NCBI GenBank assembly: GCA_041641295.1
Contig: JBEPYO010000001.1
Location: 879,777-903,776, forward strand
Reading direction: 5' to 3'
Origin: Nitrososphaerota archaeon
Lineage (GTDB): Archaea > Thermoproteota > Nitrososphaeria_A > Caldarchaeales > Calditenuaceae
DNA: 24,000 nt
Part shown: piece after piece, positions 8,209 through 16,855 of the stretch
Layout of the letters: each line of letters opens with the position of its first letter
Numbering within the stretch: the stretch's first letter is position 1
Translations under genes and position numbers: made by a program
The notes under the pieces: generated by a model
The model's input: only the letters and a program-made list of their open reading frames with translations
What the model was told of the DNA's origin: nothing
Database searches by the model: none

Positions 8209-8317
8209 TGGGGCCGGTGGGATTTGAACCCACGACCTCCTTCCCCAACTTGGGGGTGAAGCCCCAAGTTGACCGGGCCCGAGCCGGGCATCTTAGACCA
8301 TGCTCGACCACGGCCCC
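8209..8317 (-). tRNA. tRNA-Pro(CGG) with apparent non-canonical intron (about 8240-8272)
   Basis: Exons: GGGGCCG TG GTCGAGCATGGTCTAAGAT G CCCGG CTCGGGC CCGG|G AGGTC GTGGG TTCAAAT CCCAC CGGCCCC A. The 33-nt insert TCAACTTGGGGCTTCACCCCCAAGTTGGGGAAG forms a 10-bp hairpin (CAACTTGGGG/CCCCAAGTTG). Confidence 0.85.
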
Positions 8318-8374
8318 CCTACCGCTCCAAGCAGCCGCGCAAAAAATAAACGTAATCCGGTCTGGGAGGGGATG

Positions 8375-8605
8375 TTAGACGACTATAGCGGTTTCGGTCC
8401 TCTCAACGCCGTCGATCGTGTGTATCTGGGATAGGACCGTGTCTGTCAGCTTCTTCAAGTCCTCAGCCTCTACTAGGACCAGTACGTCGTATCTGCCGGT
8501 TATCATGCACGCGAGTTTACAGCCCGAGATCTTTCCAACCTGCTCGACAACATTCTTCGCCTTACCCGCCCTAGCCCTAATGAAGACGTATGCTTGGACC
8601 GCCAC
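8375..8605 (-). CDS. Stand-alone Lrp/AsnC ligand-binding (RAM) domain protein
   Basis: 76 aa: AYVFIRARAGKAKNVVEQVGKISGCKLACMITGRYDVLVLVEAEDLKKLTDTVLSQIHTIDGVERTETAIV; no HTH present. Confidence 0.85.
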   Translation of the reverse strand: MAVQAYVFIRARAGKAKNVVEQVGKISGCKLACMITGRYDVLVLVEAEDLKKLTDTVLSQIHTIDGVERTETAIVV

Positions 8606-8649
8606 GAAGTATCCACTGCCCTAAACGCTTATATCCTTTCCTCCCCCAC

Positions 8650-9200
8650 AAACCCTTCACAGGACCACGCAGAATCTGTGAACTGTGGAGGGCTTCTCTG
8701 TGAAACTGTGAAGTGTGAAATAGGACTCTGAGAATCTCTGAAACAGACCCATAGATGGTTCATGTATTACCATTGTATGAATGATTGCAGTTTCTGCGTA
8801 TCTCTCAGGGATGCCTGATTGTTGCAGAAAATGAGCATTTCTGAGCCATTACAGTCGTGTCATAGGGCCCTTAACGATCCATAACTTTACCCGGTGAATA
8901 TGGGTGGTGAAGGGTGGACGCCAACACTCCACACGCTCCACTGGAAAAGGAGGGGTTCAACAGACCTAACCCCCATTCACAGTGAAAAGCCGCGAAAAAC
9001 AGCTCTTCGAACAGGATAGGCAGATTTCGGACCTGAGGCCAAAGGCCTACGACCGGCACCTCAAAGAGGTGGAATAGCCAAACTCGCTTTAACACGCCCA
9101 CCCCACCAGTTCTAATGGAAATTAACTAAAATCAACACAAACGGAGGAGGGAAAAAGAAATTAGATAAATAATTCCTCTTATCCTAGAAATTTCTCTCAT
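8650..9200. promoter_or_regulatory. Putative chromosomal replication origin (oriC) with ORB-like elements and AT-rich segment
   Basis: Convergent ORB-like elements: CGCTCCACTGGAAAAGGAGGGGTTC (+, 8934-8958) and CTTTTCACTGTGAATGGGGGTTA (-, 8967-8990 region). CTGTGAA/TTCACAG occurs at 8656, 8676, 8698, 8706 and 8976. AT-rich tract about 9110-9200; orc1/cdc6 follows immediately. Confidence 0.7.
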
Positions 9201-9238
9201 GGCTACCGATAACACTGCTGGCTAGCCCTTCAATTGTT

Positions 9239-10510
9239 GTGGACGACTTTCAGTTGAAAGAGAGGGGTGACCCCCTCAGCGACCTGCTGGCGCGGGTCTC
9301 AGCCTCGTCGCGGATATTCAAGGATAGGGAGGTCTTGCGGGCCGACTATATTCCTGGCAACCTGCCGCATAGGTGGGAGCATATCAAGAGGCTGGGTGAG
9401 ATCGTCTCAACAGGTCTCAAGATGCATAGGCCGAGCAACGTCTTCATATACGGCAAGACTGGGACAGGTAAGACAGCTGTCGTCAAGCACGTCTTCAAGA
9501 GGTTCTCCGCGGAGGCTGAGAGGCTCGGCATTCCACTCCGCTTCGTCTACATCAACTGCAGGATTGCGGGGACTGAGTACAGAGTCTTGGCCGAACTCTG
9601 CGAATCCCTCGGCGTACAAGTACCATTCACGGGCCTCTCAAAGAGCGAGGTCTTCAACAGGTTCAGGAGAGCCCACACCTCATCACAGAACCTCCTGATA
9701 GTATGTCTGGACGAGATTGACGTCTTGGTTAAGGGGTTTGGGGACGCCCTGCTATACGAGCTGACTAGGATAAATGAGGGGATTGAGGGGAGCAAGCTCT
9801 CCCTCATCGGAGTGTCGAACGACCTCATGTTTAAGGAGATGCTGGACCCGAGGGTTTTGAGCAGTCTGAGTGAGGAGGAGATCGTCTTCCACCCCTACAC
9901 CGCTGTAGAGCTCGTCGATATTCTGAGCGAGAGAGCTAGACTTGCCTTTCACGAAGGAGCCGTCCCCCAGTCGACCATAAACCTCTGCGCAGCCCTTGCA
10001 GCTGCTGAGCACGGTGACGCTAGGAGGGCGCTCGACCTCTTGAGGGTGGCTGGTGAGATTGCTGAGAGGAATATGGCTGAGAGGGTTGAGGAGCAGCATG
10101 TGCGCATGGCGCTTGGCGTGATTGAGCAGGGCCGCGTCTTCGAGGCCTTGACGACTCTCCCTCTCCACGGCAGGATCGTCCTCCTCGCAGTCTATCACGC
10201 GACTCTCCGCTCACCAAGCAAAATAACCTCAGGCCTGGTCTACCAGCACTACCGCTCGCTCTGTAGCCAGCTGGGCCTCGAGCCTCTCACGGACAGGAGG
10301 ATCAGCACCCTAATCTCGGAGCTAGACATGCTCGGGGTCCTCTCGAGCAACGTCATAAGCTATGGGAGGTATGGGAGGACTAGGAAGATTTCCTTGAAGA
10401 TTCCGGTGGACGAGGTTAGGCAGGCGCTGGAGCGAGACGAGTTCCTATCCCACCTCTTGGACCAGGAAGTGGCTCAGGCGGGTAGCGTGGAGAGTGAGCG
10501 AGGTAGCTAG
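9239..10510 (+). CDS. cdc6: Orc1/Cdc6 replication initiator
   Basis: GTG start. Walker A VFIYGKTGTGKTAVVKHV, Walker B LLIVCLDEIDVL, sensor-1 SLIGVSND, ...HGDARRALDLLRVAGEIAE, winged-helix C-terminus. Confidence 0.97.
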   Translation: MDDFQLKERGDPLSDLLARVSASSRIFKDREVLRADYIPGNLPHRWEHIKRLGEIVSTGLKMHRPSNVFIYGKTGTGKTAVVKHVFKRFSAEAERLGIPLRFVYINCRIAGTEYRVLAELCESLGVQVPFTGLSKSEVFNRFRRAHTSSQNLLIVCLDEIDVLVKGFGDALLYELTRINEGIEGSKLSLIGVSNDLMFKEMLDPRVLSSLSEEEIVFHPYTAVELVDILSERARLAFHEGAVPQSTINLCAALAAAEHGDARRALDLLRVAGEIAERNMAERVEEQHVRMALGVIEQGRVFEALTTLPLHGRIVLLAVYHATLRSPSKITSGLVYQHYRSLCSQLGLEPLTDRRISTLISELDMLGVLSSNVISYGRYGRTRKISLKIPVDEVRQALERDEFLSHLLDQEVAQAGSVESERGS

Positions 10511-11930
10511 GAGGCTTGCGGTCAAGGCGATTGAGCGGGGCTACCAGCTCTCAGCCGAGGCCCTGGAAAGACTGCTCAAGGATGAGAATCCTCTAGGCCT
10601 CCTCGACGAGCTTCTCGCTTGGCTTGAGGGTAGGCGCACCAGCCAAGTAATAATAGACAGGCCCACGCTCGAGTTATTTCTGGCGGGCAGGGTTGCTCGG
10701 GCCGGGGCCCCAGAGGAGGAGCAGCCCCTAGAGATTGTCCTCGAGTCCCCCACCTATGAGGACTTGGCGATAGAGGGTGTGGCTGAGGAGCAGCGAATCT
10801 ACCTGCTCTCTAGGTTCCAGTCCATTCGACGGGTCTTCGAAGAGCGGGGCCTAAGCCTCAGGCCCGCCAAGGAGCTGATGAGAGAAGGGGGCGAAGGCTA
10901 TGTCGTGGGAATGGTCTTGAGCATCGTGCGCCGAGACACACACTTTCTAGTCGAGATGGAGGACCCCGTCGATACTTGGAGCCTGATAGCCCCCACACGA
11001 GACAGGGCCCTGGCGGCGAAGATGGAGTACATTCTGCCGGACATGGTCGTCGTCTTCCGTGCGAGGTCTAGGAGGGGTCCATTGGTGGCCAGCGACGTCT
11101 ATCTACCCGACACAGCGGGGAAGAAGCAGGCTTGGAGAGGCCCCGACAAGAACATCTGTATAATCTCGGACCTTCACATAGGCAGTGAGAGACACGCGGC
11201 AGAGAGGCTCAAAAGCTTCCTCGACTGGATCTGCGGCCCCGAGAACGAGGCCGAGAAGACAACACTCCTCATAATCAATGGAGACTTGGTCGACGGGGTG
11301 TATGTGTATCCTGGGCAGGAGTCCGAACTCAGCCTGAAGTCGTATGCCGAGCAGTTCGCTGCAGCGGCCAGAACCCTCTCAAGAATCCCGGAGCACGTCA
11401 AGATCATCTACGTGCCGGGAAACCATGAGCCTTGCAGGAGGGCCCTCCCCCAGCCTCCTGTCCAAGCAAGGTATCGACAGCTGCTCGGGGGTGGTGGTAG
11501 GATAGTCTATGCAGGCAATCCCGCGTGGATTAGGGTCGGAGGCCTAAAGATACTCGCGTTCCATGGCCAGACTCTCGACGACGTGATACAGGCCGGGACA
11601 CTCTTCAGCTACTCGACACTCCGTGAAAGGTCTAGCGAGATGATGGAGCTACTCCTCAAGGCCAGACACCTGGCACCCACACTGGGCCTCTCAACACCCA
11701 TACTCCCCACGAGGACCGACTATCTCGCAATACCCGAGCAGCCCGACATCCTCTGCCTAGGACACACCCACGTAGCGGCCTACACAACCTACAAGGGAAC
11801 ACAGCTGGTAAACAGCGGCTCATGGCAGGAGCAGACAAAGCTCCAAGAGAGCATAGGCCTTGAACCAACTGTCGGAACAGTGGTCCTGCTAAACCTCAAA
11901 TCACTGTCAATACGCTTCCTATCCTTCTAG
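10494..11930 (+). CDS. dp1: DNA polymerase II (family D) small subunit DP1, exonuclease/phosphoesterase type
   Basis: 478 aa; calcineurin-like motifs ICIISDLHIGS, LLIINGDLVDG, IIYVPGNHEP, ILAFHGQTLDD, ILCLGHTHVA. Starts within the 3' end of cdc6 (17-nt overlap). Confidence 0.93.
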   Translation: MSEVARRLAVKAIERGYQLSAEALERLLKDENPLGLLDELLAWLEGRRTSQVIIDRPTLELFLAGRVARAGAPEEEQPLEIVLESPTYEDLAIEGVAEEQRIYLLSRFQSIRRVFEERGLSLRPAKELMREGGEGYVVGMVLSIVRRDTHFLVEMEDPVDTWSLIAPTRDRALAAKMEYILPDMVVVFRARSRRGPLVASDVYLPDTAGKKQAWRGPDKNICIISDLHIGSERHAAERLKSFLDWICGPENEAEKTTLLIINGDLVDGVYVYPGQESELSLKSYAEQFAAAARTLSRIPEHVKIIYVPGNHEPCRRALPQPPVQARYRQLLGGGGRIVYAGNPAWIRVGGLKILAFHGQTLDDVIQAGTLFSYSTLRERSSEMMELLLKARHLAPTLGLSTPILPTRTDYLAIPEQPDILCLGHTHVAAYTTYKGTQLVNSGSWQEQTKLQESIGLEPTVGTVVLLNLKSLSIRFLSF

Positions 11931-12007
11931 CTGGATCGGCAGGTAGGGACTGGTGTTTTTCTGCATTTGCTATATCAATTTTTCCACCCATTAAAGCCGG
12001 GTAGGAT

Positions 12008-12016
12008 TATTTATAG
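12008..12016 (+). promoter_or_regulatory. Putative TATA box for the permease gene
   Basis: GGATTATTTATAGAG about 25-30 nt upstream of TTG start 12041, consistent with a near-leaderless transcript. Confidence 0.45.
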
Positions 12017-12040
12017 AGGTCTGGCTGTTCTGAAGGCGGT

Positions 12041-13924
12041 TTGGAGGCCTCTGGAGGGAGATTTAAGCGGGAAATAGGCTGGTTCAGCGCCTTCTCCATG
12101 GGCTTCGGCGACGTAGGGGCCGACGTATTCATAGCCCTAGGGGTTGTGATGCTCTACGCAGGTGGGGCTGCTTTCATAGCCTTCGCGGTCACGGCCATAG
12201 CCTATGTAGCCATCAGCCTCTCATACGCTGAGCTGGCGCCGGCCTACCCCTACGCGGGAGGCGTACAGGTGTACTCCCTCAGGGCCTGGGATACTTTTGG
12301 AAGCTTCATCGCAGGCTGGGCAATACTACTTGACTACGTGCTATGCCTCTCACTCTTCGCCACGGCCGCAGCCGGATACTTCAAGTTCCTAATCCCCCAG
12401 GTTAAGGATTTAGCCCTGCAGCTGGGGCCCATAACCATTGGAAGCCTCGGCACTATAGCCGCTGCGATAGTCCTCCTCCTAATCGCGCTAAACTATTTTG
12501 GCATCAAGTATTCGGCCGGGGTGGTTGCAGGGATAGTCGCGTTCGGACTTATCATCCAATCACTCGTGATCATTCTGGGATTCTTGACGGTCTTCGACCC
12601 GGCTAGATTCTCCTCCCAGCTCTTCGTGGTCGGAAACCCCGAGCCCCAAGAGGAGGTATTCTACCCTCCGGGCCTCAGCTTCTCTGAGAGCAACTTCCTA
12701 TACGGTCTGACGATAGCCATGGCATCATACATTGGCGTAGAGTCGATAGCCCAGGCGGCTGAGGAGACGCGGAGGCCGCACCGCTGGATACCTAGGGCTA
12801 CGATGCTCTGCGCAGTCATGGTTCCGCTCTTCGTCTTATTGTTCAGCTCAATCGCGTTGGGTGCCACAGACTGGCGGAATATCGCCGCCGCGATCGAGAA
12901 CCCCATAGCAACCCTAGTGAGCATGTATCAGGTATTCGGCGCGGAGTTAGCCATGCTGGTCTCGTTCACGGCGATAATCCTCACTACCGCCTCCTCGAAT
13001 ACCGGGCTTATAGGGGTCACGCGGCTGGCCGCGAGCATGGGGAAACTCGGGCTCCTACCCCAATGGCTCTACGTAATCCACAGGCGATATGGGACGCCTA
13101 CGCGAGCTATAATCTTCTTCGGCATCATAGGCCTCCTACTAACCCTCCCCGGCGACATACCCTTCCTAGCTAGCCTCTACAACTTCGGCGCCTCCCTCAG
13201 CTACATCATGCTCCTCCTCTCACTGATCATCCTCAGAAACAAAGAGCCACTCGTCTACAGGCCGTGGAAATTGAAACCAACCCTTCGACTAAAGCGCGGA
13301 GATAGGGTCTACGAGATACCCCTCCTCAGCCTCATAGGCCTCATAATAGTCTCAGCAATATTCGCCCTATTCCTCCTCCTACACAGCATAGGACGCATCC
13401 TAGGCGTCGTATGGATGGCCGTCGGTGTAGCGGGCTTCTACATCTATAGAAAGCATTTTCTGAAGCGGCCTGTGAGGAGTGTTGAGGAGCAGGCCCTCGC
13501 AGTCCCCGCCGGCTACCTAATGCGTCTAACAGTTCTAGTGAGGCCGAGGGAAGATCCGAAAACGGTGGAAGAGACTCTACGCCGCTCGCTCGACAAGCGG
13601 TTCTCGCTAAAACTGCTCTCGGTAGTAGACCCGGAAGTAGAGGATGATGTGGAAGAGACGAGGCTTGAGGCTGAGAGGAACTTGGAGGAGGCCCGCAGGA
13701 TGCTTGCATCTAGCGGCTTTGAGGTCGAGCACGAGGTGAGGGTGGGTAGCTACGACGAGATAGTGGATTGGGAGGTTGAGAAGGGTGGCTCCGACTTCAT
13801 AGTCCTGCTGGTCAGGAGGTTTGAGAAGGCCGTGTTAGAGAAAGAGTCCATGCTAGACTCGAAGGTACACTCAGTCCTAGTGAGGCATCCTGCTAGAGTA
13901 ATGTTGCTGAGAAAGCCAACCTAG
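12041..13924 (+). CDS. APC-superfamily amino acid permease with C-terminal UspA-like domain
   Basis: 627 aa; multiple TM helices, ...LSYAELAPAYPYAGGVQVYSLRAWD..., and C-terminal LTVLVRPREDPKTVEETLRRSL...DFIVLLVRRFEKAVLEKESMLDSKVHSVLVRHPARVMLL. Confidence 0.9.
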   Translation: MEASGGRFKREIGWFSAFSMGFGDVGADVFIALGVVMLYAGGAAFIAFAVTAIAYVAISLSYAELAPAYPYAGGVQVYSLRAWDTFGSFIAGWAILLDYVLCLSLFATAAAGYFKFLIPQVKDLALQLGPITIGSLGTIAAAIVLLLIALNYFGIKYSAGVVAGIVAFGLIIQSLVIILGFLTVFDPARFSSQLFVVGNPEPQEEVFYPPGLSFSESNFLYGLTIAMASYIGVESIAQAAEETRRPHRWIPRATMLCAVMVPLFVLLFSSIALGATDWRNIAAAIENPIATLVSMYQVFGAELAMLVSFTAIILTTASSNTGLIGVTRLAASMGKLGLLPQWLYVIHRRYGTPTRAIIFFGIIGLLLTLPGDIPFLASLYNFGASLSYIMLLLSLIILRNKEPLVYRPWKLKPTLRLKRGDRVYEIPLLSLIGLIIVSAIFALFLLLHSIGRILGVVWMAVGVAGFYIYRKHFLKRPVRSVEEQALAVPAGYLMRLTVLVRPREDPKTVEETLRRSLDKRFSLKLLSVVDPEVEDDVEETRLEAERNLEEARRMLASSGFEVEHEVRVGSYDEIVDWEVEKGGSDFIVLLVRRFEKAVLEKESMLDSKVHSVLVRHPARVMLLRKPT

Positions 13925-13931
13925 CACACAC

Positions 13932-14228
13932 TTACTCCCAAGTCTCCACGCCGTTCTTCTTATGCGTGTGCAGTATAACAGATGTCACAGAGCTCTTAAC
14001 ACCCTCCACACCGGACAGCACCTTGGATATGAACTCTCTCAACTCCTCAACACTCGAAACAGCAACCACCACTATAGCGTCATACTCGCCCGTCACCTCA
14101 TAGACGTCCAGAGTCTGAGGAAGCTTGGCAAGCCTCTCACAAACACTCTCAAGCTTCCCCGCCTCGACGAAGAGGTGAAGCACCGCCTTAACACTAGCAG
14201 ACAACTCCATTAACTCGGGCACTCTCAA
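13932..14228 (-). CDS. Stand-alone Lrp/AsnC ligand-binding domain protein
   Basis: 98 aa: AVLHLFVEAGKLESVCERLAKLPQTLDVYEVTGEYDAIVVVAVSSVEELREFISKVLSGVEGVKSSVTSVIL; no HTH. Confidence 0.85.
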   Translation of the reverse strand: MRVPELMELSASVKAVLHLFVEAGKLESVCERLAKLPQTLDVYEVTGEYDAIVVVAVSSVEELREFISKVLSGVEGVKSSVTSVILHTHKKNGVETWE

Positions 14229-14255
14229 GCTCCCTAATTAATTTGGACCCTTATA

Positions 14256-14362
14256 TGGGGCCGGTGGGACTTGAACCCACGGCTTCCGGGTTTCTTCTGT
14301 GCCAGCTACGCTTGTTGATGGGATCTGGAGCCCGGCGCCCTACCTTGCTAGGCCACGGCCCC
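14256..14362 (-). tRNA. tRNA-Trp(CCA) with 33-nt intron (about 14292-14324)
   Basis: GGGGCCG TG ... G CCGGG CTCCAG|intron|A CCCGG AAGCC GTGGG TTCAAGT CCCAC CGGCCCC A; anticodon CCA; intron ATCCCATCAACAAGCGTAGCTGGCACAGAAGAA near position 37/38. Confidence 0.88.
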
Positions 14363-14476
14363 TTCCGCCTCTCTGAGAGGTGGAAAACTACAATTAATCC
14401 TTTTCCCGTTTGATCGCTTGGCGGGAAACGTTAAAGCATGGTCTTGAAGTATTTTACCCGTCTGGTGTGATGCTCT

Positions 14477-15361
14477 GTGAAGCTGGCCAGGTTTAGGATT
14501 GGAGAGCTCACGACCTACGGGTTTGTTGAGGGGGACTACGTGGTTTCTAGAGAGGAGTTGGAGGAGGCTGTGGGCCTCGCACTACCACCCTACTTCTCGG
14601 ACTTTGTTGAGAGGCTTGTCGTCGAGCAGGATTTTCGAAAACTGGTGCTGGAGGCCGCTGGGAAGGTTCCGCGCGTCTTGAAGCTCAGCCAAGTCAAACT
14701 CCTCGCACCAACCGATAATAAGCCGAAGATAATCTGCATCGGGCTCAACTATAAGGACCATGCTGAGGAGTCGAAGGCCGAGGTGCCCGAAGAGCCTATA
14801 ATATTCATGAAACCCCACACGGCCCTGACTGGGCCATACGACCCTGTCGAGTATCCCTCAATCGTCACGCAGCTCGACTATGAGGCAGAGCTTGCTGTGG
14901 TTATTGGGAGGAGGTGTCGGGGCGTGAAGCCGGGCGAGGCACCAGACTTTATCTGCGGCTACGCTGCCTTCAACGACATATCTGCCAGGAACCTCCAGTT
15001 CAAGGACAAGCAGTGGACCCGCGGAAAATCATTCGACACATTCGCGCCCATGGGCCCGTGGATAGTCACGCGCGACGAGATACCTGACCCTCAGAACCTT
15101 AGGATAATGTCCCGCGTCAACGGGGAGACGAGGCAGGACTCGAATACGAGGAACATGATCTTCGGAGTCTACTATCTGGTCTCGTTCATAAGCATGGTTA
15201 TGACGCTTGAGCCGGGCGATGTCATAGCGACGGGGACTCCTGCAGGCGTCGGGATATTTGCCAAGCCGGAGCCGAAGCTACTCAAGATTAATGACGTGGT
15301 CGAGGTGGAGGTTGAAGGCATAGGAGTGTTAAGAAACACAATTGTTAAGGGCCGTGTATGA
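14477..15361 (+). CDS. Fumarylacetoacetate hydrolase family protein
   Basis: 294 aa: KIICIGLNYKDHAEESKAEVPEEPIIFMKP...LDYEAELAVVIGRR...GYAAFNDISARNLQ...ARGKSFDTFAPMGPWIV-like...GDVIATGTPAGVG. Confidence 0.93.
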   Translation: MKLARFRIGELTTYGFVEGDYVVSREELEEAVGLALPPYFSDFVERLVVEQDFRKLVLEAAGKVPRVLKLSQVKLLAPTDNKPKIICIGLNYKDHAEESKAEVPEEPIIFMKPHTALTGPYDPVEYPSIVTQLDYEAELAVVIGRRCRGVKPGEAPDFICGYAAFNDISARNLQFKDKQWTRGKSFDTFAPMGPWIVTRDEIPDPQNLRIMSRVNGETRQDSNTRNMIFGVYYLVSFISMVMTLEPGDVIATGTPAGVGIFAKPEPKLLKINDVVEVEVEGIGVLRNTIVKGRV

Positions 15362-15502
15362 GCCTGTTTTAGCTTCGTGCATCAAGATTTATGCTATTGA
15401 GGCATAAAGCATCTTTTTTGATGCAACAACACAAGAGTAAGCGGAAAACAAATATGAGAAGCCTTATTATCTCTTAAGCATCATCTAGGGTGTGGTGGGT
15501 TA

Positions 15503-16828
15503 TTGGATCAGGTAAAGCTTGGGGAGCTGGCTGTAAAGTATTCGAGGCTTTATGGAGGTAAGATAGAGGTTCATCCAAAGGTCCCGGTCAGGGGGCTTCA
15601 GGACTTCTCGATCTGGTATACACCAGGTGTTGCTGAGGTTTGCAAGGCTATTGTGAAGAACAGAGACGAGGCCTTCAGCCTGACCAATAGGTGGAACACG
15701 ATAGCGGTGCTGACCAATGGGACGCGTGTTCTGGGTCTAGGTAACATTGGACCAGAGGCGGGCCTGCCGGTGATGGAGGGAAAGGCGCTGATCTTCAAGT
15801 ATCTCGGCGGAGTCGATGCGATCCCCTTGGCCGTGAGGGCTGAGTCTCCGGAGCAGTTCATACAGGTTGCGAAGGCGTTGGAGCCGTCCTTCGGAGGCCT
15901 AAACCTCGAGGACATCCAATCACCCGACTGCTTCTACATACTTGAGAGACTCATGTCGGATCTGGAGATTCCGGTCTGGCACGACGATCAGTTAGGAACG
16001 GCCGCTGCGACGCTTGCAGCTCTCATCAACGCTCTCAAACTTACGGGCCGCTCACCTAGAGAGTGCAGGGTGGTCCTACTAGGTGCTGGTGCTGCGAACA
16101 TAGCTACGGCCGTCCTCCTCGAGAAGTACTGCTTCGACCCTGGTAAGATGATCCTAATCGATAGGAATGGGATACTCCACTCTGAGAGGGAGGATATGGA
16201 CTCGCTGATGCTGAAGAATCGCTGGAAGTATGAGATAGCCCTCAAGACGAATAGGGATAAGGTGAAGGGTGGGCTGAGGGAGGCTCTGGTGGGAGCTGAC
16301 GTGCTCATAGCTGCGTCAACCCCGGGGCCGGGAGTTGTTAAGCCCGAGGATGTGGAGTTGATGGAGAAGGACGCGATAGTCTTTGCCCTCGCAAACCCTG
16401 TGCCCGAGATATGGCCTTGGGAGGCCAAGAGGGCTGGAGCCGCCATAGTCGCTACTGGGAGAAGCGACCTCCCAAACCAGGTGAACAACAGCCTGATATT
16501 CCCCTCAGTCTTCCGAGGAGCCCTCGACTGCAGTGCCCGCCGAATCTCCTATGAAGCGATGATCCGGGGGGCGGAGGAGCTTGCGCGATGTGCAGAAGAG
16601 AAGGGTCTCTCACCCGACTACATTATACCGACTATGGAGGAGTGGACGGTCTATCCGAGGGTGGCGGCCGCTGTCGCGCAAACCCTGTCGAGACAGGGGC
16701 TTGCCCGTCGAAAGATTAGCTATGAGGAGGAGCTTGAGCGGGCGAGTGAGATAATATCGAGGTCTAGGCGGATTCTCAGCGCGCTGGTCGATTCGAGGAT
16801 TGTGGAGGTTCCGGCCTCCGAGGGTTAG
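15503..16828 (+). CDS. Malic enzyme (NAD(P)-dependent malate dehydrogenase, decarboxylating)
   Basis: 441 aa: WYTPGVAEVCKAI..., TNGTRVLGLGNIGPEAGLPVMEGKALIFKYLGGVDAIPL, VWHDDQLGTAAATLAALINALKLTG, VVLLGAGAANIATAVLL, VFALANPVPEI. Confidence 0.95.
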   Translation: MDQVKLGELAVKYSRLYGGKIEVHPKVPVRGLQDFSIWYTPGVAEVCKAIVKNRDEAFSLTNRWNTIAVLTNGTRVLGLGNIGPEAGLPVMEGKALIFKYLGGVDAIPLAVRAESPEQFIQVAKALEPSFGGLNLEDIQSPDCFYILERLMSDLEIPVWHDDQLGTAAATLAALINALKLTGRSPRECRVVLLGAGAANIATAVLLEKYCFDPGKMILIDRNGILHSEREDMDSLMLKNRWKYEIALKTNRDKVKGGLREALVGADVLIAASTPGPGVVKPEDVELMEKDAIVFALANPVPEIWPWEAKRAGAAIVATGRSDLPNQVNNSLIFPSVFRGALDCSARRISYEAMIRGAEELARCAEEKGLSPDYIIPTMEEWTVYPRVAAAVAQTLSRQGLARRKISYEEELERASEIISRSRRILSALVDSRIVEVPASEG

Positions 16829-16855
16829 TCGGGGGAGACTGGTTAAGGAGATATA

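Noticed and set aside
8097-8291. ORF MPGSGPVNLGLHPQVGEGG...
   Set aside because: Read-through of the tRNA-Pro gene on the same strand, including its intron; the KSHRPH tail is a typical tRNA T-arm translation.
8871-9101. 76-aa minus-strand ORF in the origin region
   Set aside because: No recognisable family. It overlaps the ORB-like repeats and is better explained as chance ORF in regulatory DNA.
15388-15432. Repeats around GCATC-TTTTTT-GATGC between the FAA hydrolase and malic enzyme
   Set aside because: A 5-bp hairpin with T loop in an AT-rich intergenic spacer; too weak to call more than a possible terminator.
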